This document shows positions 1 through 12,675 of a stretch of 64,000 nt of DNA, in pieces. The stretch is taken from NCBI GenBank assembly GCA_030141605.1, contig JAQGDQ010000666.1:52244-116243 (forward strand). Reading direction: 5' to 3'. Origin of the DNA: Tubiluchus corallicola. Its lineage: Eukaryota; Animalia; Priapulida. Positions within the stretch are counted from its first letter, which is position 1, and each line of letters starts with the position of its first letter. A program made the position numbers and the translations under genes. The notes beneath the pieces were generated by a model. That model searched no databases and was not told where the DNA came from. It saw nothing but the letters and a program-made list of their open reading frames with translations.

Positions 1-89
1 CAATCTCAGTTCGAATTCGGTTCGAATTCGAAACACTGAAGTTCGGTTCGATTCGAATTCGCTTTCTGGTAGAGAATGCTCACCCCTAG
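1..89. mobile_element. Right end of TAGGG-terminated hAT-like MITE (TTCGAA-rich), truncated by window edge
   Basis: Ends ...GGTAGAGAATGCTCACCCCTA, the same end as copies at 12262-12675, 24212-24501 and 34925-35020. Confidence 0.7.
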
Positions 90-1011
90 CTATCAGACGA
101 AAAGGCATCTGGGTGTTCTACGCTCTGGCACAAAAGCTTCTTATTCCGTGTCTATTATATGATTTTTTTTCAACAAACTGTCCCTATCTTTTTTCTAACA
201 TTCGTTCCACGAGCTTTCCAAAATACGACGATATACATTCTATTGTCCGATTCCAAACCCACTCACCCATTTCCATGCATAGGTTACTCAAATTAAGTAT
301 TACTTGTAACAATACCATAGATATGGTTTGTGTAGATCAAAGATCTCGGTGATTGCTTAGCAGTGTTCTGCATTCTAGACTGTCTTGCTGTTCTGATCTT
401 CTTTGTTTAAGTTCCTAATTAGTTTAACAAATACTACTTTATTATGCACGCATTTGTCTGGTTGCTAATATTATTGTAGCGTGTAACATTACTGATTTGG
501 CCCAAAAGCGTAAAATGTTTTAACATTTATGGATGAAATGTTGTGAATCAAATTTAGAATAAGGAATTAATTAGAAAATTAATCGGAATAATTAAATGAT
601 AAGAGTTCGGAACTAGATTACTCATCATTGGTTGCATAACAAAGACTGTACGATTTGATTATAAGTGACTCACTCAGTTGTACCTTGAATTTAATGAGTT
701 AAGGTATCAGAGGTTGGTACATGGGAAAAGTAGAAGATCAAACAAACGCCGACTAGTAAAATGAATTCCAATGTCATTAACGCATATAAACTGCGCTACA
801 CGCTGGCAAGAGAAATCAACTGGCAGATGGTCATTTAGAACGGCTCATTGTTTAGAGTCGGAGTGTGACATCTACTGATAATTAACCTAGTTTCCAGGCG
901 ACGTTTCAAGGCCTAAAACAATAGAATTGCTGTCTTCGGTAACCCGAAGTACCGGGAGAATCAAGGATGCCATCTGTGGATGGTCAGCCACGTGTCTCTG
1001 CAGCGTATCAC

Positions 1012-1457
<446 letters not shown>

Positions 1458-2599
1458 CGTGTCACTCATTGCAACTTGTAACTCATTTCCCGATCGTGAT
1501 TATTCTTTAGAATTAACCGTTTAGTTGTAAGCGTCTACAAGTGCATAAATTAAAGCTTTGTTAAAGTGCCGCATAACTCTGGATTAAATTGCGAACTTTG
1601 TTACAATCAAACTTTCATCACTTTAACTTAAAGTCGAATTGCTTTGATATTCAAGGAGTTACAAAAGAACATACTCGTTAAAGACACTATTTGCTTAAAA
1701 GAACCTGGTATATTCACACTGAAAGGCTCATTGCGGAAGCCAGCTTGATAACTCGAGAGACAAAGAGTTATACTCACAACGCAATATCTCGTGGTTTCAG
1801 TTGTGTGGGACATTATCAAAGCCCTATCAACTTGACCTAAGCTCTCGGAGTCGGGCAATTAATCTGATACGAAATTAATTTTCTTTAACCATTCAAGAGT
1901 GTGAATGAATCATTCGATTAATTAAATAAATAATCAATAAGTTGTTTGTGAGAAAGACAAGCGACAGAAATCTATCTATATCTAAACTTCTTCCACTGCT
2001 CGGTGTTCGTTTTATTCCTTTCGCTACTTCCGACATAGTAATGTTTGCATTTAGACATACTGGATCCACCCCTTTAAAGTGCTGAGCTAATTTCTGTACG
2101 TTATTTTCCCTATATGCTTTACAGTTGTTATCGAAATCGTACGTTTTAAGGCGATTCTCGTCAAATTTTTTTTATAGAAATGTCACCTTTGTCTTTATTA
2201 TGATCGTAATACTTTCCATCATAAAATAATACATCTACTGGTAAATTTACTTCCTTGTAGAACAGTTTGTTATAGTTTCTTCAAAATTCACTGCCTTTAC
2301 TTACATTCAACTCCTTCGTACTTTTAAATAACAAAAAATCGGCTGCACATCTCAAAGCTTTTTCGAATTTGACTTTATTGTCCAGGTACATTTTGTTTAT
2401 TTACCAAGTCAGAATACAAAAATTATCTTTTTTTATTGCGTCTCATTGTTTCGGACAGGTTTGTTAATTCCCTGGACCAAAATTGTGTAGAGTGTCGGGT
2501 TATTTGCTTTTAAACTAAACTTACTAGAGTTTCTTCGTTTGACTGCATTTGTAGCTCCTGAAAGTTTTCCCATATTTCCCGCGGTTTTTTATCTTCTAG

Positions 2600-3200
2600 A
2601 TGCTGTACCACTTCCGTTACAACGGAATTAAAAGATCTGCTGATTGTTGGAAGTGAAAGCTTTAACATTTGAACACTTATCCCATCTAGGCCTACAGCTC
2701 TCTGAATTTTCGTAATGATTTCAGCTACATTTTGTACTGTTGCTACAGGTATCACAAAACCAAATCTGGTGTCTGAATATCGTGTTTGTATGACCTAACG
2801 GAAGTGGTGCTTACAAGCCACTGGCGTAGCAGTGTCTAGTTTTTTCGCTGGATTATTGCTGCGTTTACCTGTCTGAAGGCAGATTTCTTTTATTTTAGAA
2901 TTCTGCCTACCTAATGTCTGCAATAGACATGACGGGCGTATGATGATGAAGACAGATACTGCACAATTTGAGAAAAAGCGGCTTGCAGTTTCGTTTCAAG
3001 AGAATGAGGCCACTGCCTCCAATCACTGTTTTTAAACTCGTAAACTATACGCACTTGAAGGGTACGATGTTGTTTTACGAGAAATGTGCTAATTATGGGA
3101 TAATGACCCATTATTCGTGCACCTATGAATAGTTCAATTCCAGCGTCAACTATTTGAGATGTAATTAGGTCAGTTATATTCCGAGTGGCTAAAATTATAT
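2600..3200 (-). mobile_element. Highly degraded LINE (CR1/L2-like) ORF2 remnant
   Basis: Broken frames containing AVGLDGISVQMLKLSLPTI (pre-RT motif) and GHYPI..YEFKNSDW (endonuclease/linker-like). Confidence 0.4.
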
Positions 3201-3347
3201 CAATTATGCTTTTTTGTGTAAGGTTACTTAATCAGGAACGATTACAAATATATCATTGTCACTTTCACATTTATCGTTAATTAATCGACCATTGGTCATT
3301 GTTTTGAAAATCCCATTTAAGATGCCTGGCGTTAAAATCACCAAAAG

Positions 3348-3737
3348 CTGATGATGTTCGTCCTTCGAATCGAAGATGACCATAGTAGTGACAGGGATAA
3401 AGGGTCAGTTTGGGGGGTTGTCATTCCTTTGATGAGCTCGAAGGTGACTGATTAGGCCAATTCCGGCTTGGAAACTTTTCTGGCATTTGGCACAGGCTGG
3501 GTGTTTGGACCTGTTGTTGGGCAGTATCACATGCCTTGCGTCTCCTGCGCTTTTCCTCTGCCTCCTCAATTCTTTTCGCCTCTGCTGTCTTAGCCCCTGT
3601 GGTGATGGCACTCCGCCTTGCTGAGCGATCTTGTGCAAGGGTCTCCATTGAGCGGATATCCATGCTGAGCTCCTTGAGTGAAGCCTTCAGGCTGTCTTTG
3701 AAGCGTTTCTTTGGTCGTCCAACCTTTCTCTTTCCAG
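3348..3737 (-). mobile_element. RTE-clade LINE 3' fragment
   Basis: GKRKVGRPKKRFKDSLKASLK..LAQDRSARRSAI, a frameshifted C2H2 finger C..CQKSFQAGIGLISHLRAH, and a short (CAT)n tail. Confidence 0.8.
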
Positions 3738-4519
3738 ACATAAAGCATCTTTTTGGTGTAACACCATTATTTCTGCTAAAAGCTATAACACCATTAATTC
3801 CATGTTGTATTGTAAAACGTTGAGCGATACTGAAATTTTCCAAAAACCGGGACACTGATTTGGCCTCACATACACTCAGCAAAATAATTTGATCCTGTTT
3901 TTTGAACCTGCGTGGACAAGAACCCAAATTACGTCGGTATTAAGGTCTTCCAGCTCATCAAGTCTACAGGTAATTAGTCCATTCCTAACGAAGAGGGGGC
4001 ACCCACCAAAGTGCCCTGTAGAAAGTTTCACATGCACCTGATTAAAACACTCACATTATTCACATTAATTGCTATGAAGATGATGATCATGATGATGATG
4101 ACGATGATGATGTGATGATGATGATGATGATATAAATAATTATTTTCACTTTATTGCTTAATTGTCATGCACAAATGGAAATACAAAGAAAAACGCTTTT
4201 CTAAAAGAGAGTGATAAGCAGCGAACCAAATTCAATGTGATGGGGATATTCTAGACTAATATAGGTACAATATTGTACATTACTGAATAATAAAATAAAA
4301 TCATAATTAATGATACGTATCGTTATCGTTAACATTCCCAATCCTTGTGCATTAAAAGTTTTACTTAGTCATTTATTTATTTATTTATGTGTTTGTTTGT
4401 TTGTTTATTTATTTATTTATATATATAAAATAACTTTATATATTTCGATGTTAGAAAGTCTGCGTGTCCTGTATAGATATCAGTATCACCGGCATATTGA
4501 ATTATGTAAAACTAAATGA

Positions 4520-4665
4520 ATTTTATTAATGTATAAACAAAAGAGTAAAGGACCTAATATCGTACCTTGCGGGATTCCTCTCTGTGGGGTGTCCCATGTT
4601 GAAAAAGTGTTTTTGTTCAGCTTGACTCTTTGTTTTCTATTGTGTAGGTAATTTTCTATTGTGTA
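4520..4665 (-). mobile_element. CR1/L2-type LINE reverse-transcriptase fragment
   Basis: NYLHNRKQRVKLN..GIPQGTILGPLLFCLYIN (RT motif B). Confidence 0.75.
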
Positions 4666-5172
4666 GGTACAATAAATAAATTTTTTGTACTTGGTATTGA
4701 AACTCATAGATCACATTTGTTCTTACATTCAAGATTATTCTGACTAGCTGGAACTTTGCCAAAAATTATGCACTTTCATTAAGTACAGTACAAGTTTAAT
4801 GTGCAACCAAGCATTCTTCAAAAAAGATAACACACTAAAAACTGTAGATGAAAATTATAACATTCTTTTAAAAAAGCTAAAAGACGTAAAATTGTACATA
4901 AAAAAATTATAAAGTTCTTTAAAAAAAAGAGAACAGGCGCAAAATCATGCGTAAAAAATTATGATATTCTATTCAAAAAGGCAACAGTCGGAACATTGTG
5001 CATAATAAATTATAATATTATATAGAAGAAGTAACAGACGGTAAATTTAAAATAAAAAAAATTATAAGGATCCTTTAAAATAAGGTTACAGACAGAAAAT
5101 TGCGCGTGAAATTATTATAACATTCAAAGGTAGCAATTATTGAAGTCGATAGCAAATAATAGATTCTTAGAG

Positions 5173-7086
5173 TCAGGTTCCCATTTTATGACGCCTCTGC
5201 AAGACAATCGTGTAGGTTAGGATGCATAAGATGCCAAACAAAACTATTGCAAATGCCGTGAGTATAAGAACCTCGTTCATGCTGTTACTAGTCATTGAAT
5301 CATCATGCAGTGCCTCTATCCATCCTTCAATTCTTTCTACTATTGTGGCCAATACTTCAACTGCACTGCACAAGTCCTTTTCATTGATTTGCACATTTCC
5401 ATCTATGCAGGCAAGAACAACAAAACTGTACTTTCCCAAGTGCAAATTTTTTAACATATCCGTGCCCGTAATGACGCCGATTCCCTGCCGTTGAGATTTA
5501 ATCACAAAGAAGTCACGCATAGTAAGTATTCGAAACTTAACAACATCTGCAGGTGTTGCCATGACTGCAACCTCCTCTTCGTCCTCGGAGACATTTTGCG
5601 CAAATGTGAAATCATAAAAGTCTTGTGAGAACTTTGGATTCTCGTTAATTTCTTTCAAAACGGTCACCTCAATATCAGCCTCCCTCACCCCATCCGCATT
5701 TGAAGCCACTGCAGCAAATTTTTGAATTCCTGGAGTCAGTCTTTTGGTGGTTTTTATTATACCATAGCCGTCCACTGTAAACTCACTTACTGATTCGCCA
5801 GTCTTCGTCTTCAGACTATAAGAAAACTCCGGGATGTTTGTCCGGGATACATCTTCGGCTTGGACGACCAATACGCTCCGTCCTACCGGAAGACTTTCCA
5901 CAACTGTAGCTTTGTACAATATTTGAGTAAATCCAGGGGGTGGTCCTTGAATTTGCACTTCAATATGTATGCCTGTCATTGCAGTGTAGTACTCGGGTTC
6001 GCCATCCTTCACGTAAGCGGCTCTGACCGGCAGGAAATACTCACGTTCTGTTATCTTTCCTATTATTTTTATATCCCCTACACTTTCCTCTGGCGTTTCT
6101 TTATTGTCTGCATTGACAAATTTAAAAGGTTTACTACTAACTTCCAGGCTGTATCTTATGTGTTCATCACTTTTTCCCGATTCGCCGTCGACGGCAGAAA
6201 TTCTGTTTGGCTTGACATTTATTATCGTCCCTACTGGGTCATTGTCTTTTATAGTGGCGTAATACATTTCTGCATCAAATACAGGATTGAAATGGACATC
6301 TGCTACATCGAAAGTGAATACATGTGTGCCTTCATTTGGAATAACGCCTGCATCACGCATCGTAACTGTGACATTATACTGCGACTGCTGCTCATAATCT
6401 ACTTCCTTGCGCAAGAAAATGTCACAATTCTTGGTACCATTTCTTGCTTTTGCTTCAAACTTGGAATTACTGTCCTTGATGAAACACGTTGAATAAATAT
6501 TGTAGGGAGCAGTCAGATCGTCATCTAGCACTCTAAAACTTGCTAACATTGTTCCAATCTCAGCTTTTTCCGAAACGTAACAGCTATCAGGCGTTTCTGG
6601 TGCTGCTCTTGGTGGGTGTTCGTTCATTGATTTTATAGTAACATTCATATTAATATCAAATTTTTCCTGTGGACGGGAGACTGATTTGCATTTTATTTTT
6701 ATTACCCAGTTTAAGATGGGTGGGTCACCTTGAGTGCTGAGATAGTCTGGTATAGACCTTTTAGTTCGTAAACTGAATGCGTATTTGTTATTTGCTGAGT
6801 TTCCCAAAGTGAACAGATGGCCTTGGTCTGACTTTAATCTGAATGTTACATGTTCGTAAGTGAGACCAGGTTGTTTACCAAAGAACAGAGTAAAGCTTCT
6901 GTTAGGCACACGATTGTCCCTAACTTTCCAATAATACTGCGATTTCATTACCTGATCACACCGACTTAAATCTATTGTTGAAGTCAAGACTACAAAACTA
7001 AGAAAAATTATCGTGGTAAGTACAATATTGTGCAAAGTGCTAGCCACAGCTTTGCCAGTGAAAATATGGCAAACATGATCAGACAT
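5173..7086 (-). CDS. Intronless cadherin-like membrane protein (about 5 EC-like repeats, TM, ~7-aa tail), copy 1
   Basis: 637-aa ORF; hydrophobic N-terminus; cadherin motifs NEHPP, VSE, LDDD, DYEQQ, AVDGE, NENPKF; C-terminal TM then RRHKMGT*. Confidence 0.9.
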   Translation of the reverse strand: MSDHVCHIFTGKAVASTLHNIVLTTIIFLSFVVLTSTIDLSRCDQVMKSQYYWKVRDNRVPNRSFTLFFGKQPGLTYEHVTFRLKSDQGHLFTLGNSANNKYAFSLRTKRSIPDYLSTQGDPPILNWVIKIKCKSVSRPQEKFDINMNVTIKSMNEHPPRAAPETPDSCYVSEKAEIGTMLASFRVLDDDLTAPYNIYSTCFIKDSNSKFEAKARNGTKNCDIFLRKEVDYEQQSQYNVTVTMRDAGVIPNEGTHVFTFDVADVHFNPVFDAEMYYATIKDNDPVGTIINVKPNRISAVDGESGKSDEHIRYSLEVSSKPFKFVNADNKETPEESVGDIKIIGKITEREYFLPVRAAYVKDGEPEYYTAMTGIHIEVQIQGPPPGFTQILYKATVVESLPVGRSVLVVQAEDVSRTNIPEFSYSLKTKTGESVSEFTVDGYGIIKTTKRLTPGIQKFAAVASNADGVREADIEVTVLKEINENPKFSQDFYDFTFAQNVSEDEEEVAVMATPADVVKFRILTMRDFFVIKSQRQGIGVITGTDMLKNLHLGKYSFVVLACIDGNVQINEKDLCSAVEVLATIVERIEGWIEALHDDSMTSNSMNEVLILTAFAIVLFGILCILTYTIVLQRRHKMGT

Positions 7087-7703
7087 GACCGTGTCAAATC
7101 ATCAGTTCACTGTCTGCTACGAATTCGACAACTGCTCAAATTATAAAATCTGCACCTTCTTGCGATATCCTCCTTTTCCTCTTTTCAAATTGTCCTCCAA
7201 ATTTGTGCTTTCTTTAAGCTAGCGAGGCACACGTTCCATTCCTGCCCAAGCGCCTCGCATTCTAAAGATTTTACAATTTTGATTTCCAATTCAATCATAC
7301 AAATAGAATGATCAGGACACAGATAATTGGCAACAATGGAACAATGTCTGCCTTTCGACCCATTGTCTTTTCTTCAATGGCAGGAAGTTATAATTAATCA
7401 CGACAACTTGCCCCTAAGAATGTATGATTGCATTTGAAAAAGAAATTCTGAACTTCTAATAAGATTTTTTTTAATAAAAATATATTTAAATAGAAATATT
7501 AATTTCATTATATTGTTATTCACATATTGAGCACATTATTTCTCAGGCCATTAGAAGCAATTGGAATGATAAAATGCTGCATTTCATTACATAGTGCATA
7601 AGTTATTATACTTCCATAACCACATTATGTTATTTTAAAAGAATAGTTTAGAAAGAACTCGGTAGAGATGTATTAGTCGGGCTTTGATATTCAACCTGGA
7701 CTA

Positions 7704-7990
7704 TGTTTTGGATATAAGCACGTGGTGCCTCCTGGTGTTTGTTTTCCCAAGTTTAGACAGGTGAGCTAGGACCGGAAATAGGCCATTGGCCTCATTTCAC
7801 AGTTAAGATATGAAAGTAGTGAGTCACCGGTATGCGGCAAAGATGTAAGTTTCATTTCTTCACAGTTTGTCATGTCATATTATTGTTAATTATCATTATA
7901 CCAGTTACTTAATGTTTTGACGTTGGTTTAGCAGAAAGAATTTTTAATTTTTCTTCAGATAAAACGAAGTCGAACGCATGTCGCGTACAG
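7704..7990 (+). repeat. Diverged fragment of the dispersed repeat that forms the inverted arms at 53972-55117 and 62901-64000
   Basis: Shares TGTTTTGGATATAAGCACGTGGTGCC and ATGCGGCAAAGATGTAAGTTT with 54381-54520. Confidence 0.7.
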
Positions 7991-8903
7991 TTTTATATCT
8001 TAGTCCGTGTGCCTAGACGAGACGGCCATATTGCTTTCGAGAACAGAACACCTGAACAAGGCTAGTACAGCATGGCTTCCGGGCAAGGCAAGATTTGTTC
8101 AGACAAAATGAAGAACAGCTTCAGCAAAAAACCGTACAACTGTGTATCTTCTCCTGAACAATGCAGTGGCACAATAGACCTTATTAACAGCCACAAAGTC
8201 ATCAGCTGTAATTCGCTTCTATGCTGTGATCAGTCTTCGTGCCTCTGGGTGATAAACTAAGTTATAGTTGTGCCGATGTTGTTGGATTTTTTAAAATCAC
8301 TTTGATTTACGATAACATCATTCTCCTATCTAGCAAACAGTGGCTCCATTTGGCGGTGAAATTATGACAAGAAACGCAAAAGTTATCTTCAGTTATATGG
8401 CCCGATTTTGCTAATACGATCAATGTTGACAAATATTTGTTTTTGGCACGGCAAATTGTTTGTAACCTAACAAATAAGTATTTTGTAAACAGTTACAGAA
8501 TTTTGTTTTTATAAAATTCGTTTGTTATCTTTATTATCAATGTTAGTGTGTTGAATGTGTGTATGAAGTTGGGTTTTATGCGAACACTAATACGTTAATA
8601 CATTTATCTTTTGTTTCCTGGGAGGTAGTCAAACACGTTTAAACCGTATCTATGATTCTATCAAAAATTACCATTAAGGGAGTAGAGTAAGACGCCATTA
8701 AATTCTTAAGCAGGCAGCAATTTTGATAGGAAAATTATGTGAGAAGTTATTCGGCGTCTCGTTGCAAAATGAAATTGGAGTAGGTGGAGCAGTGAGGAAG
8801 ATGCAGCCCAGTTGGTCTGCCATTGAAATAACCTTTGCTCACTTAATACAGTCATTATTATTCCTGCAAGCGCCCAGTGAAATGCACGTGTTTTACAGCT
8901 TAA

Positions 8904-9315
8904 CCCTTTCATACCCGTTGTATCCCGTGGGATACGAGAATATTTTCTGCCTTTAAAATTAATAAAATTTTGATTTAAGCCAATAACAATAGACTAAAAT
9001 GGTGATAAAATGGCAAACTAGAAAATCTACATAGCATAAAAAAACTGCGCAAGGTACAGTACTTTAGAGACGACTTTGTACAGATCAGCATAGCATGCAT
9101 ACTAAATGTCTTACATACTTTAAAAAATTATCAGCAGTTGCAAAATGAAGCTTCCATTGAATCCCAATGTATCCCGTGGGATACAGGCTATATTTAGCAC
9201 GCGGGCACAGGTAGAAAAAAATAATTATTATATGTAAACAAGATGGACATACTGAACAAAAGTACCAAGCCAAAATTTTTTTTCTTATTAAAAAAATAAT
9301 TTGGGACTGAAAGGG
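8904..9315. mobile_element. piggyBac-like MITE
   Basis: CCCTTT...AAAGGG termini flanked by TTAA on both sides; inverted copy at 28708-29156. Confidence 0.8.
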
Positions 9316-10010
9316 TTAAAGCAAACATCATTTAAACTCCCAGCCTGGCAACCTCATTTTACACCACGTTTGACTTTTGGCTCACACTGTTTTATTTATT
9401 TTTGGCAGTGTATATAGGTGAATGTTTTTACACCACGTCTTGTTTTGTAATAATCAGGTGTTATCGATGTATATGTTAACAGTTAATGAAAGTCCACTTC
9501 TTCGCCAAAGCCTGCCGACACCTGGAGGAAAGATCCACATGGATTATTCACATTCCAATTGTTTCCTTCCTTAAGAACCCAACAATGGAAAATCTTCATG
9601 GATCCGCGTATGCAAAAGTCAACCATACGATCATATTTGCTCAACTTTTACACAGCAAACACTTGAAATAACTCATTAAAGAGCCCTTGTGCAAACTGCA
9701 CACCACACCTATAACACACGTCGCTTTCCATTATTATTATTATTGCAAAATTTTCCAAGGGTATCCACCACGCAAGACTGAAAACGTATGTTATTTGCAA
9801 AATGATTACTCTATATTACAAGTTGCGTGAATAAACGCGTTACGTGGTGTGATTTATCAGGTAGACGCATAGCACGGAAGTATCTGCACCGATTGCACTT
9901 GAAAATGACAATAATGATAGCGATTGTTGTAATGGTATGGTAAAGCGGTAGAACCGCAAACCTGTGTCAAGAGAACTTGTTTTTGAAACGATTCAGGATA
10001 TGTAAAATCC

Positions 10011-11297
10011 TATGCCGGAACAACCAGATTGAACTAACATGTCTGTGAAGTTGGCAATATTAACATGATCATCGTGTCATCTCTGATAGCATTTTTACTG
10101 TACGGTACATATGCTCTGATAACGATCTATGCTGGAACAACTAGATTGAACTAACATGTCTGTGAAGTTCGCAATATTAACATGATCATCGTGTCATCTC
10201 TGGTAGCATTTTTACTGTACTGTACATATGCTCTGATAACGATCTATGCTGGAACTACTAGATTGAACTAACATGTCTGTGAAGTTCGCAATATTAACAT
10301 GATCATCGTGTCATCTCTGGTAGCATTTTTACTGTACTGTACATATGCTCTGATAACGATCTATGCTGGAACTACTAGATTGAACTAACATGTCTGTGAA
10401 GTTCGCAATATTAACATGATCATCGTGTCATCTCTGGTAGCATTTTTACTGTACTGTACATATGCTCTGATAACGATCTATGCTGGAACTACTAGATTGA
10501 ACTAACATGTCTGTGAAGTTCGCAATATTAACATGATCATCGTGTCATCTCTGGTAGCATTTTTACTGTACTGTACATATGCTCTGATAACGATCTATGC
10601 TGGAACTACTAGATTGAACTAACATGTCTGTGAAGTTCGCAATATTAACATGATCATCGTGTCATCTCTGGTAGCATTTTTACTGTACTGTACATATGCT
10701 CTGATAACGATCTATGCTGGAACTACTAGATTGAACTAACATGTCTGTGAAGTTCGCAATATTAACATGATCATCGTGTCATCTCTGGTAGCATTTTTAC
10801 TGTACTGTACATATGCTCTGATAACGATCTATGCTGGAACAACTAGATTGAACTAACATGTCTGTGAAGTTCGCAATATTAACATGATCATCGTGTCATC
10901 TCTGGTAGCATTTTTACTGTACTGTACATATGTTCTGATAACGACCTATTCTGGAACAACTAGATTGAACTAACATGTCTGTGAAGTTCGCAATATTAAC
11001 ATGATGATCGTGTCATCTCTGCTAGCATTTTTACTGTACTGTACATATGCTCTGATAACGACCTATTCTGGAACAACTAGATTGAACTAACATGTCTGTG
11101 AAGTTCGCAATATTAACATGATGATCGTGTCATCTCTGCTAGCATTTTTACTGTACTGTACATATGCTCTGATAACGATCTATGCTGGAACAACTACATT
11201 GAACTAACATGTCTGTGAAGTTGGCAATATTAACATGATGATTGTGTCATCTCTGCTAGCATTTTTACTGTACTGTACATATGCTCTGATAACGATT
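10011..11297 (+). repeat. 117-bp tandem array x11 made of the SDR 5' leader, ATG and signal-anchor codons
   Basis: ATG recurs at 10065+117n up to 11235; the last unit runs on into the SDR ORF. Confidence 0.95.
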
Positions 11298-12236
11298 TAT
11301 ATTTGCTTAAAGGTGATTAGCAAAGTTACACAACAGAATAAAAAAAGGTGGGTGTCAAGGGACATGACCGGAAGAGTTATCCTGATAACCGGTGCCAGTT
11401 CCGGCATAGGCTATGCAGCTGCACAAGAGCTGGCCAGAAAGAGGGCAAAGCTCATAATGGTTTGTTGGAACAAGGAACCAAACTTGACAGAATTGGTGGA
11501 GGAAGTGAGAAAAGCATCCGGTAACGAGGAGGTTTATCTGCAAAAAGTTGACCTGAGCAAGCCCAAGTCTGTCCGGAAGCTGGCCAAAATCATCCTGGAA
11601 GGAGAAAACAGGTTAGATGTTTTGATAAATAATGCCGGCGGTGTGTCCGTCAATGGTTCCAGCAAAGTGCATTGTGGGATCGGCTATTGTTACGCCACAA
11701 ACTTCTTTGGACATTTTCTCTTGACAAATTTGCTGCTTCCATTGCTGATGCAGACGCCAGAAAGCCGCATCATCAACGTGACGTCAGACGCGCACAGACG
11801 AGGGGAACTCGACTTGGACAATCTCGACTGCCAACGACCGGTTTCTGACCTTCAGGTCTACTGTAATGCAAAGCTGATGATGATTCTCTTCACCAACGAA
11901 CTGAGTGAGCGCTTACGTCATTGTCACGTGACTGCAAACTCTGTGCATCCAGGAATCTCATTAACCAGTTACTTGGCAGAAGCATGGGCGCACACACCTT
12001 GGCTGTCCAGAACTGTCATTCTGAATTTGATCGGTTTGTTTTTCAAATCTCCAGCCGAAGCGGCACAAACAGTAATATATCTTGCAACTGCCCAAGAAGT
12101 GTCCGGAGAAAGCGGTTCGTACTTTGTCGATTGTGGACATGCGTCGCCATGTCAAAATTCATTCCCAGACGATGATGATGCTATCAAGAGATTTTGGAAC
12201 TTGAGCGTCAAATTAACAGATTTGGATGAAGGATAA
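11235..12236 (+). CDS. Intronless short-chain dehydrogenase/reductase, retinol dehydrogenase 11-14-like
   Basis: 333 aa; N-terminal signal anchor; TGASSGIG, NNAG, TNFFGHFLLT, catalytic YCNAK, VHPG. Confidence 0.92.
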   Translation: MMIVSSLLAFLLYCTYALITIYICLKVISKVTQQNKKRWVSRDMTGRVILITGASSGIGYAAAQELARKRAKLIMVCWNKEPNLTELVEEVRKASGNEEVYLQKVDLSKPKSVRKLAKIILEGENRLDVLINNAGGVSVNGSSKVHCGIGYCYATNFFGHFLLTNLLLPLLMQTPESRIINVTSDAHRRGELDLDNLDCQRPVSDLQVYCNAKLMMILFTNELSERLRHCHVTANSVHPGISLTSYLAEAWAHTPWLSRTVILNLIGLFFKSPAEAAQTVIYLATAQEVSGESGSYFVDCGHASPCQNSFPDDDDAIKRFWNLSVKLTDLDEG

Positions 12237-12261
12237 ACAGTGGTGTAATACAACTTTACGA

Positions 12262-12675
12262 TAGGGTGAGCATTGTCTACCAGAAAGCGAATTCGAATCG
12301 CACCGAATTTGTGACTTTCGAGTTCGAATTCGAACCGAATTCGAATTGAGATTGAACGATTTTCGAACAAGTTTTCGAACCACGAGTAAAAATTAGTCTT
12401 ACAAAGATCATGCATATTACTAGATTTTGTTCTGCAATAAAGCGACTAGTAATTTGCTTAAAGTTTTGCGCAGAAATCAGAGCTAAATTATGCTAATTGC
12501 ATGATGATTCAATCGTATTAATGATTAGGAACATGTGTGATTGAAGTGCTGAATTATTCGAATCTACAGTTTTGGATTCTAATCGAGTTCGAACTAAAAA
12601 AACTCGTTCGAATCGAATTGGAGCGTTCGAAATCGATTCGATTGTTCGAACTCGAACGTTCGATGCTCACCCCTA
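12262..12675. mobile_element. TAGGG-terminated hAT-like MITE 25 bp downstream of the SDR stop
   Basis: TIRs TAGGGTGAGCAT / ATGCTCACCCCTA; perfect 8-bp TSD CTTTACGA. Confidence 0.88.

Noticed and set aside
5222-6492. Plus-strand ORFs of 90 and 210 aa (and 39040-39282, 39667-40164 on minus)
   Set aside because: Antisense shadows of the cadherin ORFs with no recognisable motifs
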